Positions 22,436 through 35,150 of a DNA stretch of 64,000 nucleotides are shown one piece after another; position 1 is the stretch's first letter, and every line of letters starts with the position of its first letter. Source of the DNA: Malacoraja senta (Eukaryota); assembly GCA_038087875.1 (NCBI GenBank), contig CM075989.1:17114001-17178000 (forward strand), in the 5' to 3' direction. Under the pieces are notes generated by a model that saw only the letters and a program-made list of their open reading frames with translations, was not told the DNA's origin and did no database searches. The translations under genes and the position numbers were made by a program.

Positions 22436-23369
22436 TCATTGTAGGATCTCATTGTATCTAAATATCTTCATTGTAGTATTTGCAGATATGACCAATAATC
22501 TAATAAATTCAGTCACTTAATTCAGCAATGTCATTAGCATTATGGTGTCAAAAGTTTGTTTGGAGTTTATTGTGTGGCTGTTAATTGATCCGTTTTTTTC
22601 ATGGATAACATCATGGGAATGGACTTGGTCTGTTTATTACAGCAAGCTCTAATCTTCTTATACCTAACTAGCACAGCAATAATTGTTTCTGCATCCATCA
22701 CTCCAGAACTACAATCTTTCCCAAGGGCTGAAGAAGATGCAAATGCTGATCAATTGAAAGTTTGTTGTTTCCATCTTAGTAATGAGCTGTGTTGGGAATA
22801 AATCAATCAGTTCTAACTTTGTTCCACGGCATCTAAGTAACCATAAGACAGCAGAACGGCAAGAAATAACTTTATTCATAAAATAACATTATAGATTCAC
22901 TTGCATTACTATTTTCCTTCAATCCCATTTGAGTCGCACTTCAGTATCCCGATTCTTCATAAAGTTACCTGAACATTCAGAGTAAACCTGGTTTCATTAT
23001 TCAAAGAAATGTAATAATCCAAGCGTTAACAACACAACTCACATTTATGTCTCAGCTTTAACATCAAGAAATATCCCAAGACCTTTTACATCAGCATAAT
23101 CAGAGAAACATTGACATTGATCCAAGGAGATGCTTGGGCATGCGACCACAAGAAGTGACGTGAATGGTCAGGAATTTCATGAAGGAGAAGGAGAAAGAGT
23201 GGAGAAGAAAGACATTTGGTTGTGTGAAATGTCCTCTCTTCAAGCTGAATTCATGGCCACCAATGGTGGGTCAATGGAACTCGGGGTTACACAGGATGCC
23301 AGAATTGGGGGAAAGCAGTTATCCATGGGTTTGAAGGCTGCATACAGTACTGGAGATATAGGTGAGCCA

Positions 23370-23605
23370 GATGACATAGGTTTCAGGTGAGAGGGGAAAG
23401 ATTTGAAAGGAAACCAAGGGGCAACTTTTTCACTTAGATGTGTATATGGAACGTGCTGTCAGAAGAGGTAGATGAGGCAGGTACTATAAGAACATTTAAA
23501 ATACATTTGGACAGGTTCATGGATACGAAAGGTTTAGAGAGATATGGGGCAAACATGAACGTGTTGGGCTGATGGGCCTATTTCTGTGCTGTATGATTCT
23601 ATGAC
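23370..23605 (+). mobile_element. CR1-type 3' fragment
   Basis: Same family as 18175-18440. Confidence 0.65.
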
Positions 23606-24112
23606 TCAGGCAGTCTAAAGCTTTTTTTCCTCTTTGTCAATCAGGTGGCCAATTGTTGTATTATCTGCAAAATTCTTTATCGTGCCTCTACATTTAGGTC
23701 TAAATCACTGTAATCTATTCCAGAAAGCAAACGTCTGAGTAACAGCCATGAAACCTCCTGTAAATCAATAGCATTTGCTTTCTGAAACTGAGCCAGTTTG
23801 GGATCCAGTTTGTTATTCCCCCTTTAGATCCCCATGGCCTGTCACTGTTTTTGAACGAGGCTTATAAAAGCTTTGCTGAGGTTGTGTAGGCTAGACACTG
23901 TCAAATGAATGGCACTCAGCAATCATTCTTTATACCTTCCCAAGAACTTCAATCAAAAGACATAACCTGGTTAAACAAATAAATCCATTCTGATTGTCTC
24001 TGACTAATTTGTGACTTTGTCAATGACAATTTAGATTTGCCCTTCCAGTTGTATACACACTTCAAGCAGACAGTAAGGAAACATCTTTGAGATAAGTGAT
24101 CAAAACATCATA

Positions 24113-24312
24113 AAATCAATCTGCTGGGGGAACTCAGAGGGTCAAACAGCATTTGAGGAGGCAAATGGATGGTCTGTTGGTTCAGAGGAAGAGTATCAGT
24201 CCGAGATATCGATTGTCCATTCCCCTCCACAGATACTGCCTGACCCTCTGAGTTCTTCCATCAGTTTGTAATTTTGCTCAAGATTCCAGCATCTGCAGTC
24301 TCTTGTGTTTCT
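24113..24312. mobile_element. Older Penelope-derived fold-back repeat
   Basis: GAACTCAGAGGGTCA / TGACCCTCTGAGTTC inverted arms; TTCCAGCATCTGCAGTC end. Confidence 0.55.
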
Positions 24313-24594
24313 ATAACATCTCATGTTCTGGGTTAACTGTAGAACAGGAAAAGAAGCAATCCAGAGTAAAAATAATGACTTGGCAGAAGGCCAATTTCAA
24401 CAGTATGAGAGAGAATCTGGCTGTAGTAAATTGGAACCACAGTTGACAGGAAAAACTATACCTAAACAATGGGCTGCCTTTGAGAAAGAGATGGTTTGGG
24501 TATATTTGGGGCACATTCCATTAGCAAGAACAAACTGAGCTTCCCGAACGAAAAAAAAAGTATATATGGTACAGATATAAAAGAGAAAGAGATA

Positions 24595-24715
24595 TCAAGT
24601 CAAGTCACATTTATTTATATAGCACATTTAAAAAACAACTCTCGTTGGCCAAAGTGCTTTACATTTGTTATCAGAATAGTATAAACAAACAAACTACATA
24701 CATATATACATATAA
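24595..24715 (-). mobile_element. L2-type 3' end fragment
   Basis: Minus strand TGTAAAGCACTTTGGCCAACGAGAGTTGTTTTTTAAATGTGCTATATAAATAAA plus (CTTGA)n: L2 tail stem-loop. Confidence 0.65.
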
Positions 24716-24992
24716 AGCAAAAACAAATGATGCTAACAATGCAGGTCAGGTTGTATATACCAGTGAAAAACTGTTGATTACAAAAATATCAGAGAGAATG
24801 TGAAAACTAAAATACCAGTGGTAATGGGAGATTATATGAAAATATTAGTTGGAAACATAAATGGAAATCCAGAAATATTCTATAGATATCATAAGGTTAT
24901 AGGGTCATAAGTGATAGGAGTAGAATTAGGCCACTCGGCCCATCAAGTCTACTCTGCCATTCAATCATGGCTAATCTATCTGTCCCTCCTAA

Positions 24993-25421
24993 CAGTTGTG
25001 ACCACTGCCCAGCCCATCACCGGCTTTGACCTCCCCACCGTCGAAGGGATCTCTCGTAGTCGCCATCTCAAAAAGGCAGTCAAAATCATCAAGGACCCAC
25101 ACCATCCTGGCCACACACTCATTTCCACCATTTTCATCAGGAAGAAGGTACAGGAGCCTGAAAACTGTAACATCCAGGTTCAGGAACAGCTTCTTCCCTA
25201 CAGCCATCAAGCTATTAAACATAATAACAAATAAGCTCTGAGCTCTGAACTGAACTGCAAAAGACTATATTATTACTGCACTATATTTGTTATTTATTGA
25301 ACGTTTTTTCTCTTCCCCGTTATGTACTACGTTTGCTTATTCACATATTCTGTTGTGCTGCAGCAAGTAAGAATTTCATTGTCCAATCCGGGACATATGA
25401 CAATAAAATACTCTTGACTTG
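24993..25421 (+). mobile_element. Rex1/Babar-type 3' fragment nested in a CR1 tail (24890-25455, minus)
   Basis: IIKDPHHPGH..SGRRYRSLKTVTSRFRNSFFPTAIKLLN; the host sequence CTCCTAAC|CCCCATTCTCCTGCC is split. Confidence 0.75.
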
Positions 25422-26582
25422 ACCCCATTCTCCTGCCTGCTCCCCATAACCTCTGGCATCTGTAGATATGTAAATAATAAAAAGTTAGTAGATAGAAGAG
25501 TAGGCCCTATTCGGGTCAAAATTAGAACTTGCACATGGATTCTGAGGGCCACCCTCTATGTGAAAACTTGCCCTCTGGACCCCTTTAAATCTTTGTCATC
25601 TCACTTACAACCTCTGCCCGTAAGTTTTAGATTCTCCTATCCTGTGATCACCCAACTTATTAATGCCATTGTGATGTTATAAACCTCCATACGTTCACCC
25701 CTCAGCCTCCTTCACTCCAGCGAAAGCAGTCCAACCCTATGAATAAATCGTGGTATTGCATTGCCAATTTTTGTTCTTTAGTTTTTTTTTAAAATTGTGG
25801 ATGTACGCTGGCGACACGTGCATTCCAAATGATATACGCACAGGATATTTTCAGTATCCAGTTCAGATCAATTGCCATCAACCACCCCCCTCCTCTCTCC
25901 ATCCCTTCCTTCATCACCACTGAAATAACTTTAAATATAATAACACCAAGATCCAAGGTCCTGTGCTGTGATGAACTGGATGTCGCCATCTTTATTTATT
26001 TCTTCTCCTTCTGAATTCCGCTGCTGGCAAACGCTGGTAACCTGGCAGCACCAAGGCAGCCAAGCATCCACATCGAACAACACCAAAATACAACATCAAT
26101 ATTTTCCTCCACATATCCCACAATACCCAAAGATCCAACTTCATATACACCTAGCATATGTCCTGGAGTTCTGGGCTTCTATTTTAATAATATCTACCTT
26201 GAAGCATTTCAGGAAATATATTTTGCGACCAATATTACATACCATACTCATCAACCACAAAGACATTCATTATGGACACAGATTGTTTGGCCACTAAGTC
26301 CACACCAACCATCAAGCACCCACTACACTAATCTTACACTAACCCCATTTTATGCTCCCCCAATTCCCATTAATCCTTCTCACCTACACACAGGAGGCAA
26401 TTTGCAGTGGCCAAGGAGGGTGGAAACTGGAGAACCTGGAGGAATCTCACATAGGCCCATGAAGAATGTGCAAACTCCATGCAGACAGCACCTGAGATCA
26501 GGATTGTCCTAGGTCTCTGGATCTGTGAGGCAGCAGCTCTACTAAATGCCTCCCTCTGCTGCCCTACCGAACTCCATCATGT

Positions 26583-26755
26583 GTAAGAAGGAACTGCAGA
26601 TGCTGGTTTACACCAAAGATAGACTCAAAATGCTCGAGTAACTCAGCGGGTCAGGCAGCATCCCTGGAGAAAAGGAATAGGTGACCTTTCAGGTCTAGAC
26701 CCTTCATCAGACTCCTGCTGCCTGACCCGCTAAGTAACTCTAGAATTTTGTGTCA
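26583..26755. mobile_element. Penelope-derived fold-back repeat with hammerhead motif and 13-bp TSD
   Basis: AACTCCATCATGT (26570-26582) vs AACTACATCATGT (26756-26768); minus strand AGTCTGATGAAGGGTCTAGACCTGAAAGGTCACC. Confidence 0.75.
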
Positions 26756-27571
26756 AACTACATCATGTTATTGAAATAGCTCAGTCATTAGTTCAACACA
26801 ATTTTCCCGACATAATCTGTGCTGCCTGTCATTTATTAAGTGTTATGCTAGTACTTTCTGAGTTACAAGCATTCCACGTATTAACCTCCCATCTTCATGC
26901 TGTGCTTTGTGCCCAGACAGATGCTGCAGCATCTGTATAGACATCGAGACTGAGCCCTTTGGATCGAAGTCACCAACACAGCCAGAAACTATAGAGAAAG
27001 CAATGAGAATGGGACTAATTGGATTGCTTGCTTTCAGCACTATGTTTGAATGATTCTGAAGCTCCAGCTATTACTGAGCACCCTAGATACTGTTTTAATA
27101 ATGAGTCACATACTTATCTTCAGCCTGCACCCCGAACCTCTGTAATATTCCTCAGCCAGCAGGCAGTTAGGTCATAATGACATGTTTCACAAAGTGCCTG
27201 TGCATTGAAGCTCTCTGCATTGACACAGTCATAGAATGCTAAAGAAACTGGGACAATTTGATATAGTGGCAGATTTTTATGCTGAGGTTTTGCTCCGAGC
27301 CCAATATCTTTTTCAGACCAGTTATGGATTTATCGAGTCTGGACTCATTGTGAAACATCAATTGCATCCCTGTTGCAATTTATTGCAAGCTGCGAGCCAT
27401 TCACAAGGAAACTAACTAGATTGTGTGTTCAGACGTTCATTCCAAGAAGTGGTGGCAAACAATACCTTGTGACGAGATGGGTTTTGCAGCCTGTCTCTGG
27501 AAGGAGATCTGATTCAGTGATAAATCATCTGAAGCCACTTCCTTGCAAGCTGCAATCAGACACATCTTACC

Positions 27572-27890
27572 TAGTTTAATTTAGTTTAGTTTGGAGATAC
27601 AACGCAGAAACAGGCCCTTCGACCCACCGAGTCCGTGCCGACCAGTGATCCCCGCACACTTACACTATCCTACACACACTAGGGACAATTTACTTCTATA
27701 CCAAGCCAATTAACCTACAAACCTGTACGTCTTTGGAATGAGGGAGGAAACCGGAGATCCTGAAGAAATCCCATGCAAGTCACGGGGAGAAGGTACAAAC
27801 TCCGTACAGACAGCACCCATAGTCAGGATCCAACCCGGGTCTCTGGCACTGTAAGGCAGCAACTTTACCGCTGCGCCACCGTGCCGCCCC
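27572..27890 (-). mobile_element. HE1/V-SINE-type SINE, full length
   Basis: All modules present; (TTTAG)n tail. Confidence 0.85.
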
Positions 27891-28458
27891 AATGCGCCAC
27901 CATGCCGCCCCCAATTTCTCAGCTGAAGTTTCAGACCTTTCTATCTTTGAATTTTCAAATCAATAAATTGATTATGTTAAATTTCCCCAGAATTTCTTTG
28001 TAAACAATATCTTATGAATTATTCTCAAACTTAATGCCGCTTATTTTGTCACACATTTCCTCTGCTTTGTGTGCGATCTGTAGCGAGATCCGATCTATAA
28101 CTCAAGAGGGCAAAACATTGAAACATTGGGCAGCAATAACTGTGAGGATGTACCCAGAGCTATTGTGGAATGATCCACATTGATTTAATTGAATAAAATA
28201 TAATTCTTAGCACTTGCTTAGAATGCATTCATCGCAGTGAAGATTAGTTTGTACTTGTGAGTGCTGGCTTTTATTTGACTCAGGACGGCACAGTGGCAGA
28301 GTGGTAAAGTTGCTGCCTTACAGCGCCAGAGAACCGGTTCGATCCTGACTATGGGTGCTGTCTGTATGGTGTTAATCCGTTCTCCCTGTGACCGCGTGGG
28401 TTTTGTTTGGGTGCTCCGGTTTCCTCCAACATTCCAAAGGCATACAGGTTTGTAGGTT

Positions 28459-28683
28459 GTGTAGAAAGGAACTGCAGATGCTGGCATAAACCGAAGATAT
28501 ACTGTAGTAACTCAGCGGGCCAGGCAGCATCTGTGGACCAGAAGAATGGGTAATGTTTTGGGTGGGGGGCCTTCAGCTGAAGTAGGGAGCCTTCGTCTGA
28601 AGAACCCGAAAACATCACCCATCCTTTGCCTCCAGAGATGCTGCCTGACCCACAGATTTACACCAGCACTTTGTGTCTATCTT
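28459..28683. mobile_element. Penelope-derived fold-back repeat with 14-bp TSD
   Basis: CAGGTTTGTAGGTT at 28445-28458 and 28684-28697; inverted arms. Confidence 0.8.
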
Positions 28684-28743
28684 CAGGTTTGTAGGTTCAT
28701 TGGCTTCTGTAAATTGTAAATTGTCCCGAGCATGTAGGATAGT

Positions 28744-29032
28744 ACTTACTTACTTACTGCCTATTGTGCCTCCTAGCATGTAGGGCAGCAACGAAGGTCC
28801 TCCACAGTGTTGCTGTTTCGTAACATATTTGTTTTACGAGACAGGGTTGTTAACCCTGTGCTCAACCTCCAACCTGGAGGACCAGTGGATCGCTCTTCAT
28901 CTCGCCTCTACCCTTCGACCTGTCCTGCATGGGAGACCCTAACAGGAGACGAATCTCCCGCTGGCATAGCTCTAGGGGTCACTGAGACACACAAGCTTCC
29001 CGACCACGACAAGGTTGCATTCCAACGGGAAG
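28744..29032 (-). mobile_element. Bipartite RTE-derived non-autonomous element with 12-bp TSD
   Basis: ATGTAGGATAGT at 28732-28743 and 29033-29044; head CCTTGTCGTGG..GAGCTATGCC like RTE/BovB 5' UTRs; (TAAG)n tail. Confidence 0.75.
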
Positions 29033-29894
29033 ATGTAGGATAGTGTACAGGGTGATTACTGGTCGGTACGGACTCGATGGGCCGAAGGGTCTGTTTGCAT
29101 GCAGTGTCTTTAAAGTCTAAAAGTCTAAAGTCTAAAGGCTCTGTGTTCTTCACCAGAACGATCCATGTTGAGAGCCACAGTGAGATACTGCAAACACAGA
29201 AACTGCAACTGCTTTCAGTCCATTGGGCACTAAGCCCGTCCCCAGACATTGCAGCAACCAGCACAGTGACCCGGCCCTGATCATCTCCGTAGCTGAACCT
29301 TCCAGCTGCCGTGCCTATTTAGAATGCATAGCTGCACTCCGCGCCAGTGCAGGAATACTTATGATTTGCCAGATGAGGAGTGATTTCAGCAACGTATTCA
29401 GTGAAATCATCCGGTGACAGAAATGTTTATATCATAGAGGCTGGCACCCGAAGAAAATTGAATGGGAAATGTTGACAGTAAATGATAATGGAAAACATGG
29501 TCGGAAAATTTTTGCCCCTTAAATGTGTCAACAGTAAACATGTTTGTGGAGAAAATTGTCTCCAAATGAGTTTTACTGACATTCATAAATGTACACTTTT
29601 CAGATAGAACAGTCATAAATGCTATCTCTAAATGTTTCCTTTCAGCTAAATTAACTTGTTAGAAATACGCACTGATGTCATTCAATCAGTGAATTGTTCA
29701 TTCTTAGATGTTCTATTGCTATTTTATTATTTTACATCACATCTTACGGGGGGGAACTACATTTTCTAAAAATGAAAACACCATCACTGAATAATGTATA
29801 AGGTTCTAGTTTAAGAAACAGGCTCTGATTCTTGCTCATTGATAGTTTGTGTTGGTAAACTACGTAAGTATCACAATAGATTTTTGTATAATTA

Positions 29895-30240
29895 ATGTAC
29901 AAATTATGAGAGGAATAGATCGGGTAGACGCACAGAGTCTCTTGCCCCGAGTAGGGGAATCGAGGACCAGAGGACACAGTGAGGGGGAAAGGTTTAGTAG
30001 GAACCTGAAGGGTAACTTTTTCACGCAAAGGGTGGTAGGTGTACGGAACGAGCTGCCGGAGGAGGTAGTTGAGGGAAGTATTGTTGCAATGTTTAAGAAA
30101 CATTTAGACAGGTACATGGATTAGGGGGATATGGGCCGAACGCAGGCAGGTGGGACTAGTATAGATGGGACATACTGTATTGGCCAGTGTGGGCAAGTTG
30201 GGCCAAAGGGCCTGTTTCCTGTTGTAAGACTCTATAACTC
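29895..30240 (+). mobile_element. CR1-type LINE 3' fragment
   Basis: QIMRGIDRVDAQSLLPRVGESRTRGH..FFTQRVVGVRNELPEEVVE. Confidence 0.85.
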
Positions 30241-30329
30241 TATGGCTCGATAATCAATGGGTGGACAGAGACTGCTTTCAATTTTACTGCCAGCTTAGAA
30301 TGTTCCATATCAACCAACAGTCTATTAAA

Positions 30330-30490
30330 TGCTTTGGAAGTGTAATCGCTGTTGTAAAGTGGCCGTGTGCAGGCCAGTTTCCACTCGGCAAGAGGCCACA
30401 ATGAAGAATGAGATAAAGACACCAGAAGATCTGTTTTAGTGATGCTATTTGTGTTGTGTGATCTTTGTTGTCCAGGATACTGCAGAGCAC
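30330..30490 (-). mobile_element. Possible ancient DeuSINE-type fragment
   Basis: AAGTGTAATCGCTGTTGTAA..GAGATAA..CCAGA..ATCTGTTTTAGTGATG resembles the reverse-strand Deu domain; very diverged. Confidence 0.35.
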
Positions 30491-30863
30491 TTACTTAACT
30501 TATTCAAAGTGACGGCATCTGTTACATCCAGCTCAGAGACGAAGGACACAAATATTCAGTCAACAACACTCATGGAACATAAAACATAGAACCGTACACA
30601 CAGGAACAGATCCTTCAGCCCACAATGTCCCTGCCAAACATGACCATGAAGCTAAACTAATTTCTTCTGCCTGCACGTGATCCATATCCCTCCATTCCCT
30701 GGTGCCTTTATGTCAATTTGTCCCATATTAAATTATCAATCCGTTTCTTGCCAAAGAATAGAAATGCAGGATGATCTTCAGGTGAGCTGTTACTATTCCC
30801 TTGCCAGGCATTGTCCTGCCCCCGTCTCTCTTCCAGCTTCTCCCCCAACTACTCTATATTTAC

Positions 30864-31161
30864 AGTTTAAAGATAGAGTTTAGAGATACAACGTAGAAAC
30901 AGGCCCTTCGGCCCACCAAGTCCACGCCAACCATTGGTCACCTGCACACTGGTTCCATGTTATACCACTTTCGCACACTACACACTAAGGGTAATTTACA
31001 GAAGCCAAGTCTTTGGAATGTGGGAGAAAACCGAAGCATCCGGAGGAAACCCATGCAGTCACGGGGAGAACGTACAGACTCCGCACAGACAGCACCCGTG
31101 GTCAGGATCGAACCCGGGTCTCTGGTGCTGTGAGACAGCAGCTGTGCCTCTGTGCCGCCCT
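30864..31161 (-). mobile_element. HE1/V-SINE-type SINE
   Basis: All modules recognisable. Confidence 0.8.
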
Positions 31162-32504
31162 ATTTCACATTTAAATATTTGTGCCCAAGAAAATTCTAAT
31201 GATAGAAGAGTTGGGCAGGGTATGAAAATAGAATTAGTAATATCATCACCCAAGATGTTGATAGTTCCCATAATTTGCTGAGAACGTGAGATCACCGACA
31301 GTAGATTAAAAAGCAGTAACTTAAAAGCAAAACATTGTAGTTGTGGGAAATCTTCAGAGAAGAACAGAAACATTTGGTCATTCAGCTGGCATATGTGGAG
31401 AAAAAAACCCATGTTGTAACATCAACTCACTTTTTGCCAGAAGTTCGAAAATTAAGAAACCACGGTCGTTTTAAATTGGTGAGAAGGTGGAGGGAAGAAA
31501 GGGGAGGTGTGAGATTAGCTGGCAACCAATGCCAGTGGTGCCATCTGAGAGAGTCGTGAAAGTTCACAACTCATCTCACTGAAGGCAGTGCAGATGGATG
31601 GTCTAAATTAGAATGGAACAGAGCAAAAAAAAAGTCTGGAATCTTCCCAAACACCGTCCCTAGGATTCGCATAAGGATTACGATTGCCCAGTTTTAGTTT
31701 CTTGTTCATCTCTCATCCCATTTATGTTTCACAGTTCCCTCCATAACACACCAGTTCACTCTTTCATCTCCACTCACCACTCTCCTTCTCATTACACTTT
31801 CCCATGCAACCACAGGAGAGGCGAAACATAAAGTAATCGAGTTTTGTTCCATGTCCTTTTGTCTCTTCCCTTTGCCAATAGCCGTCGACACAATTTAGCC
31901 TTCCAGATGACGTGGCGAATGGACCGACGAGTTATCGGGTCGGGACCCTTCTTCAGAATTCCATCCATTTCCTCCCTCCACATATGTGCCTTGTCTGCAG
32001 AGTTCGTCCAGCAGCCCGTTTCCTGCTCGAGATTCCTGCGTTTGCAGTCTTTTGTGTCAACAGAAGAAATGTGAACGGGAGTGAGCCATTTGGAGAAATG
32101 GGAGGTGGATGGATAAAATAGCTTAAGGAGGCAATTCCAATTGTTAAGCATGGGTAGTTGAAGGTACAGTCCTCAATAGTGCAGGAAATGGGGAAGGAGA
32201 GCAGAAGGAGTTAAATTTGACAACTGCAGAATTTTCATTGGGTTGTTGGACTGGAGTGGTGTAAAGGTTTTAAAATTGGACTGGAAGCCATAGTAGGTCA
32301 TTAAATATAAGAAGGTGGATGAAAGAGACTTGGTGTGTGAGGATATGGGTGGCTGAGGACCAAATAAGCTGAACTTAAGGGAGCACTTCAAGCTAAATTG
32401 GGATGGGTGAGCCTGAGGTAAACTCTGTGGAGAGGCCTTTCTGTCACAAGTGGGCTGGGATAGGATCAGATGTGATCAACAGGCCAAATCAATGCTTCAT
32501 ATCA

Positions 32505-32682
32505 AAGATAGACAGGTAATGCTGGAGTACCTCAGCGGATCAGGCAGCATCCCTGAAGAAGGGTCCCAATCCAAAACGTCACCTATCCTTTTTGTCCAGA
32601 GATGCTGCCTTATCTGCTGAATTACTCCAGCACTTTGTGTCTTTCATTAGTATAAACCAGCATCTGCATTTCTTCGTATCTA
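32505..32682. mobile_element. Penelope-derived fold-back repeat
   Basis: GCTGGAGTA..CAGGCAGCATC / GATGCTGCCT..TACTCCAGC arms around CTGAAGAAGGGTCCCAATCCAAAACGTCACC. Confidence 0.7.
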
Positions 32683-33304
32683 CATTGATTCATGCCGTTG
32701 TCCTCAACTGAAGTCAGCAAGCAGCTTGAAATAGCCATCTTACATTTGGTCAGATGTTTATTTAACAGGCAGAGCCCCGTCAACAGCAGGATACATCTAT
32801 CATGAATATGTTTACATCTTTGTTCAAAATTAGTTGTCTCCCTTCCTGTCAGTCTGTCATATTGCATTATCAGGTGATACAGAGCGACACAGAAGATCTC
32901 TGATACTTGGCATGCTGACTTCATTATTGCTCTCTCTCAGCCTGTGTTAACACTGATGCTCCTTACAGTGCTGTCAATGTCTAGAGGACGCAATCACAGC
33001 GTGAAGGCTTGTGTCAGTAGCAGTGAATTGTCTGTCCATCAAGAATTCCCATAGGAGGCTGCTCATTCTATTACCACCACCTTGTCTCCTAAACACCAAT
33101 CTACAAGATAAATAAACTCACCCGAAGGCACAGAGTCTGCAGATCTCAGGCTGTTCTAGCCACGTTCTCTCTATCCTGTTTTTCAGATCTTTCAGATATC
33201 TGCACAGCTCAGCCATTCACACAGTGGTCTTCTATTTGACTTGGGGCTCCCAGATTCCCAATCCCAAGTACAGACAGCATTTCGCCAGATGGTAAGGCAG
33301 GCAT

Positions 33305-33800
33305 TCATAAGTTCATGAGTGATAGAAGCCGAATTAGGCCATTCGACCCATCAAGCCTACTCCAACATTCAATCATGGCTGATCTATCTTCCCCTCTCAA
33401 CCCCACTCTCTTGCCTCCTCCCCATAACCCTTGACACCCGTACCAATGAAGAATCTATCAATTTATGCCTTAAAAATATCGATTGACATAGCCTCAACAT
33501 CTGTCTATGGCAATGAATTCCACAGATTCACCTCCCTCTGAGGGGGTTTATAGTGCAATCCCATTAGAGTGCTTGCAGGTTTTTTATTTTTAAGCTCTAC
33601 CCATATCGCCTCAGCGGAAGAACCCTCCAGTATCTGCGTACCTGATCGGTAGAGCAACTGCTTTGCTTCTTTTCTCTCCCTTTCTATCATGTCTGAAACA
33701 TCAAACCCTGGATCATTGAGCTGTTAGTCATTCCCTCTCGCAACCACTTTTCCGCAATGGCCATAACATCATAGTCCTAAGCACTAATCCAGACTCTAAA
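33305..33800 (-). mobile_element. CR1 3' end joined to a CR1 endonuclease-region fragment
   Basis: ORF 33505-33690(-) EAIWVELKNKK..TLMGLHYKPP fused to VNLWNSLP. Confidence 0.6.
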
Positions 33801-34231
33801 TTCATCCCATTCCCATGGCTACTGCAATATCCTGGCAGTTTTCCCCATTCCCTTCCTGTCCTGATCCAGGGTCTCGATCCGAAACATCAACTTACAGCTT
33901 TTGCCTCCACAGATGCTGCTCAACCCTCTGTGTTCTTCCAGCGTTCTGTTTTTTGTTCTAGATTCCAGCATCTGAAGTCTCCTTTGTTTCCTAATGATCC
34001 TGCTTTTCTTTTTACATCCAAATGGACATTTTATTCTTCATTAGTTGCTCTGTCTCCTTGCACTTTGTTGTTTAACCACTCCTGCATCTTTTCACTTCCC
34101 TTCTGTATTCTCTACCTGAATTCCCTGAAACATATTTATTTCTTGGAAGTTCATTTTATCTTAAACTCTCCCTACATGTGATGAAAGGTCGTGGGCTGGA
34201 AACTTCAAAAAAAAATAAAAAAAATAAAATA

Positions 34232-34234
<3 letters not shown>

Positions 34235-34314
<80 letters not shown>

Positions 34315-34326
34315 GCACGCGCACGC

Positions 34327-34407
<81 letters not shown>
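34235..34407. repeat. Compound microsatellite (CA)n-(CACG/CG)n-(CA)n
   Basis: Directly visible; about 170 bp of alternating purine-pyrimidine. Confidence 0.97.
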
Positions 34408-34408
<1 letters not shown>

Positions 34409-35150
34409 GTTCACACAAGTTATAAGAGTAGAATTAAGCCCATTGAGTCCATTCTGCCATTCAATCATGGCTGATCTCTGCCTCCTAATCCTATTTTCTT
34501 GCTCTATTCCCATAATTCTTGATACCGGTTCTAATCAAGAATTTGTCTATCTCTGCCTTACAAATATCCACTGATATGGCCTCCACAGCCCTCTGCGGCA
34601 ATGGGTTCCACAGACTAACTACCCTCTGACTAAAGAAGTTCCTCCTCATCTTTTTGTAAAAGAGCACCCTTTAATTCTGAGGCTATGTCCTCTGGTCCTA
34701 GACTCTCCCACCAGTGGAAACATCCTTTCCACATCCACTCTATCTGTGCCTTTCATTATTCTATGTTTCAATAAGATCCCCCCTCAACCTGCTAAACTCC
34801 AGCAAGTAAAGGCCCAGTGCTGTTAAATGCTCATCATATGTTCATTCCTGGAATCATTCTTGTAAACCTCCTCTGGATCCTCTCCAGAGCCAGTACACCC
34901 TTCCTCATATATGGGGCCCAAATTTGCTCACAGTACTCCAAATTTGGCCTGCCCAGCACCTCATAGAGCCTCAGCATTACATCTCTGTGTCATCTTGATA
35001 TAAATTTGCCTTCCTTGCTACCGATTCGACTTGCAAATTAACTTTTTGGGAGTCCTGCACCAGCACTCCCAAGTCCCTTTGCACTTCTGATTTTGTGGAT
35101 TCTCTCTCCATTTGGAAAATAATCTCCACCTTTATTCTTCCTCACAAAAT
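34408..35150 (-). mobile_element. CR1-type LINE 3' fragment
   Basis: Reverse-strand match to the 9790/16078 family, extending into the post-RT coding region. Confidence 0.8.

Larger units (their letters stand above)
28283..29135 (+). mobile_element. HE1/V-SINE-type SINE carrying two nested insertions
   Basis: SINE is restored by removing 28459-28697 and 28744-29044. Confidence 0.8.

Noticed and set aside
34156..34513. ORFs with VCVC/THTH runs (also 39357-39671)
   Set aside because: Translations of (CA)n microsatellites
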